From: Octopus vulgaris
Taxonomy: Eukaryota
Length of the DNA stretch: 64,000 bases
Reading direction: 5' to 3'
Assembly (NCBI GenBank): GCA_951406725.2
Contig: OX597832.1
Coordinates: forward strand, 70,742,001-70,806,000
The notes beneath the pieces were generated by a model. The model was not told the origin of the DNA, ran no database searches, and saw nothing but the letters and a program-made list of their open reading frames with translations. Each line of letters begins with the position of its first letter. The stretch's first letter is position 1. Shown one piece after another: positions 1-11,410 of the stretch. A program made the position numbers and the translations under genes.

Positions 1-506
1 TTTCCATCGCTGCAGGGCTTTTAGGATGGCTAGTCACAGAACGTGGACATGTCCTTTGGCCTGCGCTGAGGAGTTTTAAGGTGAAGTGCTGTGCGCGCAA
101 ACTGGCCCCAGCCTTTAAGCACGAGGTCCATCTGCCATGACCTAGCGAGCTGGGACGATGACAGCGAGATCTTCGTGCCGTAGGTTTGAAGTTGGAGTTA
201 TCCTCTCCTAGTAGGGTTGCCAACCATTGCTGACGAGCCCCTCCTGCCTATGCCATCCAAACCAGGGCGAAAGAGAGACACACACGCACAAAGCACTCCA
301 CACACACGTTGTTGGATGGCCGTTGACTACGCTGTAGTTCTTCCGCCCTTTGACAGGTCTTATTTTTTGTCCTGCAGGGTGTCCAAAAAACACCCGCCTC
401 ACCAAGCAAGCCTGGTGCGGTTGCCAGTTTAGTCGCCGACGACCCGATCATGTAACAGGTTGTACTGGACTACATGGTACCAGTAACAGCCAAGTGACCT
501 GACCTG

Positions 507-507
<1 letters not shown>
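1..507 (-). mobile_element. Probable 5' UTR end of a non-LTR retrotransposon (RTE-like), continuing beyond the window start
   Basis: GC-richer block ending abruptly at (TA)n. The minus strand contains ggcaaccctactagagaggataactccaacttcaaacc, which from memory resembles RTE-clade 5' UTRs. No coding motif in the window. Confidence 0.3.
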
Positions 508-565
<58 letters not shown>

Positions 566-568
<3 letters not shown>

Positions 569-775
569 AAAAAATTGTCGATAACCATTAAATTTATGCG
601 TCTCGGTTTATTTCTATCGGTTTATTTCGAGACGCATAAATTTAATGGTTATCGACAATTTTTTTGTTTCGGCGTATCTGGCATTAGAATTTTTCTTCTG
701 CCCTTATCTTGTAAATTATGTATAAATTTTACCTTTAAAGGCATTTTTTGATATGCTGGCCATTGATATATATAC
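566..775 (+). mobile_element. Short PLE pseudo-LTR-like fragment with 5' inversion (40-bp perfect hairpin)
   Basis: Arms 566-605 and 628-667 are reverse complements, and (TA)n flanks both sides. tcGAGAcgcaTAa at the right-arm start resembles a mutated HHR 3' half (cGAAAcgcgTA). Confidence 0.5.
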
Positions 776-787
776 ATATATATCAAT

Positions 788-820
<33 letters not shown>

Positions 821-821
821 T

Positions 822-852
<31 letters not shown>

Positions 853-854
<2 letters not shown>

Positions 855-1796
855 TTCAACAATTGAGGGTAAAATTAATTAATTAATCAATTTCACCAAG
901 TATTCAGTATGCAAAGGGACCATTTAAGGCGAATTCAAATTATTACATTATATAAAAGGGCTTAGTAAAATAAATTACTTTGCCGCATACTGAACTCATT
1001 AGAAATAGCAGCTAAGAAAAACTTTTTTAAAACTATTTCCAATACTTAAAGAAAATCTCTCTCATATAGTGTTTGCTCAACTCAACTCACGAAAGTATGG
1101 GGGTAGAGACATTAAAAAATCAAATGCAAAGGTTATTTGAGAACGTACGTTTCAAGATTAGTCAAACTCGACACTTCTATCATCAGCTCAGAACTCCCTG
1201 GTTTGGATTTGAAAACACTGAAAGTGAGAGCATACCCTTTCGGCTTCCCATCGCTTCTGAAGATCTACTCGAAACTAACAGTGCCAGCAAATTCAAATAT
1301 GCAAGCGAAGAATTTCTGCTCTCCCCTTTCCACCAGCGTGGGTTAAAATCAGTAAACACCATGCTTTTTTTCGGTAAAATCCGAGGCATTAAATAGAGAG
1401 AGATGAATTATAATTTCAACAATTGAGGGTAAAATTAATTAATTAATCAATTTCACCAAGTATTCAGTATGCAAAGGGACCATTTAAGGCGAATTCAAAT
1501 TATTACATTATATAAAAGGGCTTAGTAAAATAAATTACTTTGCCGCATACTGAACTCATTAGAAATAGCAGCTAAGAAAAACTTTTTTAAAACTATTTCC
1601 AATACTTAAAGAAAATCTCTCTCATATAGTGTTTGCTCAACTCAACTCACGAAAGTATGGGGGTAGAGACATTAAAAAATCAAATGCAAAGGTTATTTGA
1701 GAACGTACGTTTCAAGATTAGTCAAACTCGATTTTGACTAATCTTGAAACGTACGTTCTCAAATAACCTTTGCATTTGATTTTTTAATGTCTCTAC
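853..1796 (-). mobile_element. Non-coding PLE pseudo-LTR partial tandem with terminal inversion
   Basis: 853-1170 is identical to 1413-1730 (period 560 bp). 1733-1796 is the reverse complement of 1663-1726. Contains an HHR and abuts (TA)n on the left. Confidence 0.75.
1138..1190 (-). ncRNA. Minimal type I hammerhead ribozyme motif
   Basis: Minus strand reads tgag CTGATGA tagaagtgtcgagtttgactaatctt GAAA c-gtac-g TT ctca. Stem I tgag/ctca, intact core, short stem III with palindromic GTAC loop, GUU cleavage triplet. Confidence 0.75.
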
Positions 1797-2301
1797 TAGC
1801 AGTATCGCCCGGCGTTGCTCGGGTTTGTAAGGGAAATAACTATATAAGCATTTTTAGAGAGTTACTTCCCTTATAAATTCGGGCTTTCTTAGCCATTTTT
1901 GTTTTGGTGTCTTCAAGCCATGAAGTCGTTGTTCTAAAAGAACGCTGGTTTCCTTCACAACGCATTACGACGTTTATTTCTTTACACTCCCTTCCCCACA
2001 GCTTCACGAGGGAGGGAAGGGGAGAAGCAAACAGGTGCAGCTGTGAGCGTGGACGCCAACTCCGCCGCCATCGACATACGATGCATTTTATGCATTAAAA
2101 TGGAATAAAAAATGATGTTAAAGTATTTTTAAAATCGTAGACTCATCGTTGACGCGCGCTAATAGTCAAACGGGCTCGATATGAATCACGACTATAAGAT
2201 ACCCGAATTTGGTTAAACTGCACCGCAAAATGTGGGAGGAGTTAGGAATCTAAATCGAAGGGGACAGACACTCACACAACTAGAGTTTTATATATATAGA
2301 T
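1795..2301 (+). mobile_element. Non-autonomous Helitron/Helentron-like element
   Basis: Starts ACTAGC...CCCGGCGTTGCTCGGG (short hairpin) and ends TTTTATATATATAGAT. A second, diverged copy lies in the opposite orientation at 60444-60958 with the same termini. Confidence 0.55.
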
Positions 2302-2312
2302 ATATGTACGTT

Positions 2313-2399
2313 TAAATATCACTGAAGCAAAATAACACCAAATATATAGTGCGTGTGTTTTTATTGGCTAAACTGGCAATATGACCATTCCGAAATATA
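2313..2399 (+). mobile_element. Solo 3' fragment of the pseudo-LTR of the palindromic PLE
   Basis: Matches 7974-8060 and is flanked by (TA)n. Confidence 0.9.
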
Positions 2400-2409
2400 T
2401 ATATGTATA

Positions 2410-2444
<35 letters not shown>

Positions 2445-2729
2445 TTTATTTTTTATTTTTTTAATATTTTTTTAATTTTTATTTTCCCTTTTCTCTTTTT
2501 GTGTCTCTCCCCTTCTCCAAACACACAAAGACACACACACATACGCACACAAACACACACGGACACACAGAGACACACACACCCACACACCTCTACAAAA
2601 CGATCATAGAATGTATGACCCCAAATGACATTTGTCCGGCCAGCCTACCCACCAACACACACTCAGTGACACCAGAATGGACAGAGAGCTAAAATTCTTA
2701 GAAAACCCTAGGGGGTCCAGCAGATACAA

Positions 2730-2767
<38 letters not shown>

Positions 2768-3069
2768 ACACACACACACAGACACACACATACACATTCA
2801 CACATGTTTTCTCTCTCTCACTTCCTCTTCACCCACCTCACCCTCTTATACTGTCTTATTCCTCCCCACTACTACGAAACTCTATAAAATGTTCAAATTC
2901 CCCACAAAGGGATTAATTTGATTTGAAAACCCCACTGGAATGGGAGAAAGCGCTAATAATCCGAATGATATGATCTGAATGATATGATATATATATGTAA
3001 AAAATGTAATATATAAATAAATATCTATAAATATGAACCATCCGATCTGATTACCTCATTTTTTCTAAT

Positions 3070-3495
<426 letters not shown>

Positions 3496-3612
3496 GTTAT
3501 ATTTCGGAATGGTCATATTGCCAGTTTAGCCAATAAAAACACACGTACTATATATTTGGTGTTATTTTGCTTCAGTGATATTTATTTTTTACATTAATCT
3601 TAATCTTATTTC

Positions 3613-3657
3613 GGCCAAAGTTCTTTCGTCACACTCCTGTGACCGCATCAGTGGTCC
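3613..3657 (-). ncRNA. Hammerhead-like motif (variant core) in the left-arm pseudo-LTR
   Basis: Reverse complement of 7901-7945. Confidence 0.55.
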
Positions 3658-4162
3658 TTTGTTTTCTTCTCACTTACTTGTGTCTCTCCTTACTAACCGT
3701 CAGCCATTTTGTATTTCTATTGTATGTCTTCATTTGCGCATGCTTATATCTCTATGTGCGTCTATGTTTATTTAGTGTGTGTGGGGGGGGATGTCTGTAA
3801 TATTTGTATCTTCTGGTTATATACATTCTTGTAATTTGTATTTTGTTTTTGTTGTTGTTGCTTTTGTTCTAATTTTGTTCATGTGTTTACATCCACCCAT
3901 TATTATCATTACATATGCTTGTATGTATGTATAACAACAATATTAGTAATAATAATAATAAATCTAATCGAGAAAAAAAAAAAGAAAAAAAAAGAATATA
4001 CATATACATATATATATATATACATACATATACATATACATATACATATATATATATACACATATACATATACACATATATACACATATACATACACATA
4101 GATATTCATTTCTATTTCTTTAATTACCTGTGTATTTATTATGTTTGCAGGATCCACTATTG

Positions 4163-5859
4163 TCATATGTTGTGGTGTGCGCTATTGCTCCATTCTAGTT
4201 TTCTATTCAGGCTAGGTTTATTTTCTATTATATGTGTAGCTTCTGTAATTTGTCTAATTGTTGCATCTGTTCTATGTGTGGACAATATCTTAATCTCTAT
4301 GTTATTGATTGATCCCCCGTGTTCTTGTTCGGCGTGTTGGTACAGAATCGATGAGCTTTTACCTTCCTTGAGTTGTCTCCAATGTTCATTCACCCGCTCA
4401 CCAATGCTTCTTGCAGTTTCCCCTACGTATGTTACTGTCTTGTTACTGCATCTTCCCTCTATACATCTTATACTATAGACCACATTTCTGGCTTTACAGT
4501 TCGTTTGTGGGCTAAATCTACATACAGTGCAATAGTTATCCGTACAGAGAGTTCTACTAAAAGGATAGGTTCTACCAATTATAGATCTGATAGGGTTGCC
4601 TGGCTTTTCAACAACCTTAATTCTTAGTTTAAGTTTATCTAGGGTCCTTCTAAAGCGGTACGCTAGTTCACCTCCAGGGGTGGTGTCAACGAACATGACA
4701 CTCTGGTATTTATGGCTATCATACCAAGAGTTGGCCTTCCTTATTTTCTTTTTTGTCCTTTCTATAGTGTTCCATGACTTGTTCCTATAGAGTGGGCAAA
4801 TCCCATTCCTATCATTACATAATATATTATCAAATTTCTTCATGGCTCCTTTGTATACTCTGATCCTTTCTTTATGGCTGTAACCTGAGAACTGCATGCG
4901 GTGAATGAAATACTGTATGTGTCTCTTTAATTCTGTAGGCTCGCACATGCGTGACACATTTCTCATTATTCTGACGAGGTCTGCCATCAAAATATTGAAT
5001 TTGGCATTGCCCGCAATGGCTGAGTTCCGGTGGATCAGGTATTTTGAGGCCATAGGTTTTGCATAGTATGAATGAAGGATTTGGGTTTTATTTTCACAAT
5101 TTCTAGCCAGAGTTCAGTGTCTAGTACTGGTAGTCTATGGTTGGGGTGTTTAGTGGGGTAGTCTATTGTGACCTTAATACTCTGGTGGATGGAGTTAGCT
5201 ATTTGCTGGATGCTCTCCATAGTATTAGTTTCTATTACTATATCAACCGTACTCTCTTGTGGGGGTGCCTTTACTACTATATTGATATCATCAACATAGC
5301 GAGAGTACATGTTTACGAGTATGGATTTCTGCAGTAGGCATTCTTTAAGCCTTCTGTCCCACCATACCATGAAGAGGTTGGCCACATCACCAGCGATACT
5401 AACACCGATGGCTGCCCCCTCGTCCTGGGCATATATTTTATTATTAAATTTAAATGTGTGGCCTTTTAGGGTAACTCTTATACTAGCTCCTAGTGCATGT
5501 GCGATCATTTTCTTTACCTGATGGACATTTGCGGGGCTCCGTATGGCTCTGGTCCATCCGCGCCATCTTTCTATATGTGTCTTCCTAGCCATAGAAGTAA
5601 TTGTAGGCGGTCTACCTCTTAAACATCTACTGGGGCAGAAACTACTAAGATTATGTTTATCTAAGTATTCACTATTATATGTCAGTCTAAGTAGGAGGCC
5701 CAGTTCTTCTGTGACGACATTACAGAACTCCACCTGGCTCTCGTTGATCATCTCCACGCACTTCTCCACTGCAAAATCTACGTCAATCGATGGGTATAGG
5801 GATACCACATCCATGCTACCTACTATACATCCTGTCAAGTCACAAGTTTTGTTACAGTC
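4163..5859 (-). pseudogene. PLE reverse transcriptase + GIY-YIG endonuclease, 5'-truncated, with a 1-nt frameshift near 5090
   Basis: RT motifs [25 protein letters not shown] and LPVLD; Cys linker CTDNYCTVC; endonuclease [25 protein letters not shown]. The A-run is 4 nt here versus 5 nt in the right arm. Confidence 0.9.
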
Positions 5860-5860
5860 A

Positions 5861-7384
5861 CTGACATATAATAGTGAATACTTAGATAAACATAATCTTA
5901 GTAGTTTCTGCCCCAGTAGATGTTTAAGAGGTAGACCGCCTACAATTACTTCTATGGCTAGGAAGACACATATAGAAAGATGGCGCGGATGGACCAGAGC
6001 CATACGGAGCCCCGCAAATGTCCATCAGGTAAAGAAAATGATCGCACATGCACTAGGAGCTAGTATAAGAGTTACCCTAAAAGGCCACACATTTAAATTT
6101 AATAATAAAATATATGCCCAGGACGAGGGGGCAGCCATCGGTGTTAGTATCGCTGGTGATGTGGCCAACCTCTTCATGGTATGGTGGGACAGAAGGCTTA
6201 AAGAATGCCTACTGCAGAAATCCATACTCGTAAACATGTACTCTCGCTATGTTGATGATATCAATATAGTAGTAAAGGCACCCCCACAAGAGAGTACGGT
6301 TGATATAGTAATAGAAACTAATACTATGGAGAGCATCCAGCAAATAGCTAACTCCATCCACCAGAGTATTAAGGTCACAATAGACTACCCCACTAAACAC
6401 CCCAACCATAGACTACCAGTACTAGACACTGAACTCTGGCTAGAAATTGTGAAAAATAAAACCCAAATCCTTCATTCATACTATGCAAAACCTATGGCCT
6501 CAAAATACCTGATCCACCGGAACTCAGCCATTGCGGGCAATGCCAAATTCAATATTTTGATGGCAGACCTCGTCAGAATAATGAGAAATGTGTCACGCAT
6601 GTGCGAGCCTACAGAATTAAAGAGACACATACAGTATTTCATTCACCGCATGCAGTTCTCAGGTTACAGCCATAAAGAAAGGATCAGAGTATACAAAGGA
6701 GCCATGAAGAAATTTGATAATATATTATGTAATGATAGGAATGGGATTTGCCCACTCTATAGGAACAAGTCATGGAACACTATAGAAAGGACAAAAAAGA
6801 AAATAAGGAAGGCCAACTCTTGGTATGATAGCCATAAATACCAGAGTGTCATGTTCGTTGACACCACCCCTGGAGGTGAACTAGCGTACCGCTTTAGAAG
6901 GACCCTAGATAAACTTAAACTAAGAATTAAGGTTGTTGAAAAGCCAGGCAACCCTATCAGATCTATAATTGGTAGAACCTATCCTTTTAGTAGAACTCTC
7001 TGTACGGATAACTATTGCACTGTATGTAGATTTAGCCCACAAACGAACTGTAAAGCCAGAAATGTGGTCTATAGTATAAGATGTATAGAGGGAAGATGCA
7101 GTAACAAGACAGTAACATACGTAGGGGAAACTGCAAGAAGCATTGGTGAGCGGGTGAATGAACATTGGAGACAACTCAAGGAAGGTAAAAGCTCATCGAT
7201 TCTGTACCAACACGCCGAACAAGAACACGGGGGATCAATCAATAACATAGAGATTAAGATATTGTCCACACATAGAACAGATGCAACAATTAGACAAATT
7301 ACAGAAGCTACACATATAATAGAAAATAAACCTAGCCTGAATAGAAAACTAGAATGGAGCAATAGCGCACACCACAACATATGA
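5861..7384 (+). CDS. Partial PLE RT + GIY-YIG open frame (the PLE-derived part of the 613-aa ORF 5543-7384)
   Basis: Uninterrupted from LTYNSEY through [13 protein letters not shown], thumb, Cys linker and GIY-YIG to the stop. Lacks RT motif A and the N-terminus, so it cannot be an active RT. Confidence 0.85.
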   Translation: MTYNSEYLDKHNLSSFCPSRCLRGRPPTITSMARKTHIERWRGWTRAIRSPANVHQVKKMIAHALGASIRVTLKGHTFKFNNKIYAQDEGAAIGVSIAGDVANLFMVWWDRRLKECLLQKSILVNMYSRYVDDINIVVKAPPQESTVDIVIETNTMESIQQIANSIHQSIKVTIDYPTKHPNHRLPVLDTELWLEIVKNKTQILHSYYAKPMASKYLIHRNSAIAGNAKFNILMADLVRIMRNVSRMCEPTELKRHIQYFIHRMQFSGYSHKERIRVYKGAMKKFDNILCNDRNGICPLYRNKSWNTIERTKKKIRKANSWYDSHKYQSVMFVDTTPGGELAYRFRRTLDKLKLRIKVVEKPGNPIRSIIGRTYPFSRTLCTDNYCTVCRFSPQTNCKARNVVYSIRCIEGRCSNKTVTYVGETARSIGERVNEHWRQLKEGKSSSILYQHAEQEHGGSINNIEIKILSTHRTDATIRQITEATHIIENKPSLNRKLEWSNSAHHNI

Positions 7385-7900
7385 CAATAGTGGATCCTGC
7401 AAACATAATAAATACACAGGTAATTAAAGAAATAGAAATGAATATCTATGTGTATGTATATGTGTATATATGTGTATATGTATATGTGTATATGTGTGTG
7501 TATATATGTATATATATATATGTATATGTATATGTATGTATATATATATATATGTATATGTATATTCTTTTTTTTTTTTTTTTTTTCTCGATTAGATTTA
7601 TTATTATTATTACTAATATTGTTGTTATACATACATACAAGCATATGTAATGATAATAATGGGTGGATGTAAACACATGAACAAAATTAGAACAAAAGCA
7701 ACAACAACAAAAACAAAATACAAATTACAAGAATGTATATAACCAGAAGATACAAATATTACAGACATCCCCCCCACACACACTAAATAAACATAGACGC
7801 ACATAGAGATATAAGCATGCGCAAATGAAGACATACAATAGAAATACAAAATGGCTGACGGTTAGTAAGGAGAGACACAAGTAAGTGAGAAGAAAACAAA

Positions 7901-7945
7901 GGACCACTGATGCGGTCACAGGAGTGTGACGAAAGAACTTTGGCC
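7901..7945 (+). ncRNA. Hammerhead-like motif (variant core CUGAUGC) in PLE pseudo-LTR
   Basis: ggacca CTGATG cg gtcac-aggagt-gtgac GAAA gaac TT tggcc: stem I gg(a)cca/tggcc, 5-bp stem II, minimal stem III. Confidence 0.55.
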
Positions 7946-8121
7946 GAAATAAGATTAAGATTAATGTAAAAAATAAATATCACTGAAGCAAAATAACACC
8001 AAATATATAGTGCGTGTGTTTTTATTGGCTAAACTGGCAATATGACCATTCCGAAATATAACAATATCTGTTTCAACACACGACTTCACATAAAAAATCT
8101 TGCACAACAAATATTTAAACG

Positions 8122-8123
<2 letters not shown>

Positions 8124-8153
<30 letters not shown>

Positions 8154-8163
8154 TATACATATT

Positions 8164-8198
<35 letters not shown>

Positions 8199-8251
8199 GT
8201 ATATATATATGTATATATATATGTATATATGTATATATGTATATATATATG

Positions 8252-8282
<31 letters not shown>

Positions 8283-8343
8283 GTATATATATGTATATAT
8301 ATATATATATGTGTGTGTGTGTATATATATATGTATATATATA

Positions 8344-8381
<38 letters not shown>
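8124..8381. repeat. (TA)n/(TATG) microsatellite
   Basis: Read directly. Confidence 0.95.
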
Positions 8382-8385
<4 letters not shown>

Positions 8386-10564
8386 TTGGCAGATCTTTGT
8401 AGACACAGTCACAGACATATGTGCAAAACACTCCCCACCAAGACCTGTGAACAAAAAGTGCAGAATCCCCCAAAACAGAAAAACCATTATCAGAAAAATA
8501 AAAAGAACAAACAAAAAAATTAACAAACTAAAGTACTGCCAACAGCGACACACACATTCGACGGCTATCGCACTGCTTGAATCCAAAAAATATAACCTCC
8601 AACAATGCATGAAGACCCTCATCAATAACCAAAGATCAGCTGAGGAGAAGTGGGCCATTGAAAAAATCAAACTCAACCCCAAAGTGTTCTTTTCATTTGC
8701 GAGGAAACGCAGGGTCACTGTCTCCATTGTTGGCCCTCTAATTGATGAAACTGGCACTCTCCAAGATAACGCCAAATCCATGGCCGAGATACTGCAGAAA
8801 CAATACTGCTCTGTTTTCAGCAATCCTGATATGGCCGATCTGGGCTGTATCAGTGATGTCAACCCCCAACACACTATATCGCACATAACGTTTAGTGCCC
8901 CTGATGTCTTAGCGGCGATAAACGAAATAAAACACAATTCAGCAGTAGGCCCCGATAGTTTCCCTGCTTGTGTCCTGAAGGTGTGTCGACACCAACTTGC
9001 ATCTCCCCTTGCTAATATGTGGAGAAACTCACTGGATGCTGGCTATATTCCAAAAACCTTCTGTCCCAGTCTGTTGTCCCAGTTTTCAAAAAGGGAAACA
9101 AGTCCCTTGCAGTGAATTACCGTCCGATCTCACTCACCTCTCATATCATCAAGGTATTTGAGAGGGTGGTGAGATCCTGAATAACCCAATTTCTGGAAAG
9201 CAACAGACGGCTGATCTCCAACCAACATGGGTTCCGTAATGGAAGGGACTGCCTAACGCAGCTCCTGCATCACTTTGAGGACATTTTGAGAGCTTTGGGA
9301 GAGGGCTCCAACACCGATGTCATCTACCTTGATTTCAGTAAGGCCTTCGACAGGGTCGGTCACAAGATCCTATTGAAAAAACTATCCAACATTGGTGTCT
9401 CTGGAAAGTTACTGAAATGGATCAAGTGTTTCCTGAGAGACAGATCTCAACATGTTGTAGTTGAAGGGGTAAAATCAAGCCCAGCCAAAGTCAGTAGTGG
9501 CGTTCCGCAAGGCACTGTGCTGGGCCCACTTCTTTTCATCATTTACATTAATGACATTAATGACATCATCAAGCACAGCAACATAAAAATCTTTGCAGAT
9601 GACTACAGAAGGTCATAAATGAGGCGAGTGACCGGACATGCCTTCAGTCAGATCTACTGGCTGTTATCCAATGGGCAGAAAAAAAAACAATATGCTGCTG
9701 AACGAGGATAAATTTGAGTTAATCCACTTTGGAAAAGAGGATGCCCTGAAACTCCCATACTCCCTTCCTTCAGGTGAAACTCTCGCAGCGTCCAACAACA
9801 TCAGAGACTTGGGAGTAATTGTGGACAACAACATAAGCTGGGCCACTCATATAAACACCAAAGTTGACATGGCCCGCAGAATGTGTTCCTGGATTCTCAG
9901 AACTTTCCAGTCGAGAGATATCCACACCATTATCCTTCTCTTCTCCACTTTTCCCCGACCCCACCTTGAATACTGTTGTCCACTGTGGTCTCCCCACACA
10001 ATACAAGGTATCATAAAAGTTGAAGCACCTCAAAGGGCAATCACAAAAAAGATAGATGGCATGACAGGCCTCGACTATTGGGGTCGACTAGAAAAGCTAA
10101 AACTCTATTCTCTCCAACGTCGTCATGAGCGCTACATCATCTGCATGATGTGGAAAATATTCCATCAGCATTGCCCAAATGATGTTGGCATCACCTTTAA
10201 GGTACATCCAAGGCTTGGGCCCCGTGCCATCCGCCCAAAACAAAAATCGCACTCTCATCTCATAACAACAATACGGCACAATTATTTCACCTCAATTGGC
10301 CCCGCTCTCTTTAACATTACACCAAAACACATTAAAACAGAAACTGACCCTATAGGGTTCAAGAAGTCTTTGGACAGATTCCTTCAAGAAATCCCGGATA
10401 AACCCCCTACACCCGGATATGTCTCTGTAAACAATAACTCTCTACTTGAGTGGGCCATAGTGCCCAAATTCTGACTTGAAAGACTTCACCAGGTGGTGCT
10501 ATTAAGTTAGACATGGCCTGGGCCAATAATGGCCGAAACCTATCAAAGTATCAAAGTATCAAAG
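8382..10564 (+). mobile_element. CR1-group LINE, 5'-truncated, frameshifted ORF2 (RT)
   Basis: [56 protein letters not shown] and LEYCCPLWSP are spread over several frames. 3' tail (TATCAAAG)3. Inserted in (TA)n. Confidence 0.88.
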
Positions 10565-10572
10565 TATATAAT

Positions 10573-10982
10573 AGGCGCAGGAGTGGCTGTGTGGTAAGTA
10601 GCTTGCTAACCAACGACATGGTTCCGGGTTCAGTCCCACTGCGTGGCATCTTGGACAAGTGTCTTCTGCTATAGCCCCGGGCCGGCCAATGCCTTGTGAG
10701 CGGATTTGGTAGACGGAAACTGAAAGAAGCCTGTCGTATATACGTATATATATATAAGTGTGTGTGTATATGTTTGTGTGTCTGTGTTTGTCCCTCTAGC
10801 ATTGCTTGACAACAGATGCTGGTGTGTTTACGTCCCCGTCACTTAGCGGTTCGGCAAAAGACACCGATAGAATAAGTACTGGGCTTACAAAGAATAAGTC
10901 CCGGGGTCGATTTGCTTGACTAAAGGTGGTGCTCCAGCATGGCCGAAGTCAAATGACTGAAACAAGTAAAAGAGTAAAAGAG
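10573..10982 (+). mobile_element. tRNA-derived SINE family 1 (CORE-like central region, internal TA/TG tract)
   Basis: A-box-like tggctgtgtggtaa and B-box-like gggttcagtccc; tail (gtaaaaga)n; near-identical copy at 54712-55102. Confidence 0.85.
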
Positions 10983-10989
10983 TATATAT

Positions 10990-11359
10990 AGTTAATCCAA
11001 ACATGAAAACACAAAGAGAAAGCACAACAACGCGAGGACGTGGAACAAGTATAGTATTATTGGACACTCAAGAAAGAAGGAAAGAAGGAGGGTTTAACGT
11101 TTCGAGTAGAGCTCTTCGTCAGAAACTTAGGAATAGGAAAGATTCAAAGAAGGGAAGACGGAGGGGAAAAAATCGCCAACAGTACACACGCGTCACATTT
11201 TGAATGACCGGAAGAGAATGGGTGAAGAAAAAGTTATTTCAAAGACAGGAGAGTGCAAGAGGAGGTATGTGTATATAAGTGTGGATATGTGCGTGTGAGC
11301 AGGTCTGCGTGTGCATGTGTGTGTATGCGTGTATGTGTGCAATGATAGCACGCGTGTGT

Positions 11360-11410
<51 letters not shown>

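Larger units (their letters stand above)
3491..5859 (-). mobile_element. Penelope-like element, 5'-truncated; left arm plus spacer of the palindrome
   Basis: 3491-5686 is the reverse complement of 5860-8067 apart from microsatellite/homopolymer lengths and a few SNPs. 5687-5859 is extra upstream RT sequence on the minus strand. Confidence 0.95.
5860..8123 (+). mobile_element. Penelope-like element (Cys-rich linker, Neptune-like), 5'-truncated; right arm with 3' tail
   Basis: RT/GIY-YIG frame, then a microsatellite-containing 3' UTR, a pseudo-LTR with HHR motif and a 56-nt tail (8068-8123) absent from the left arm. Ends in (TA)n. Confidence 0.95.

Noticed and set aside
5543-7384. 613-aa ORF as a full-length active PLE protein or novel fusion gene
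   Set aside because: The first ~106 codons are antisense palindrome sequence, and RT motif A and the true N-terminus are absent.
10573-10650. tRNA genes at SINE heads
   Set aside because: A/B boxes are present, but there is no complete cloverleaf and each runs into a SINE body.
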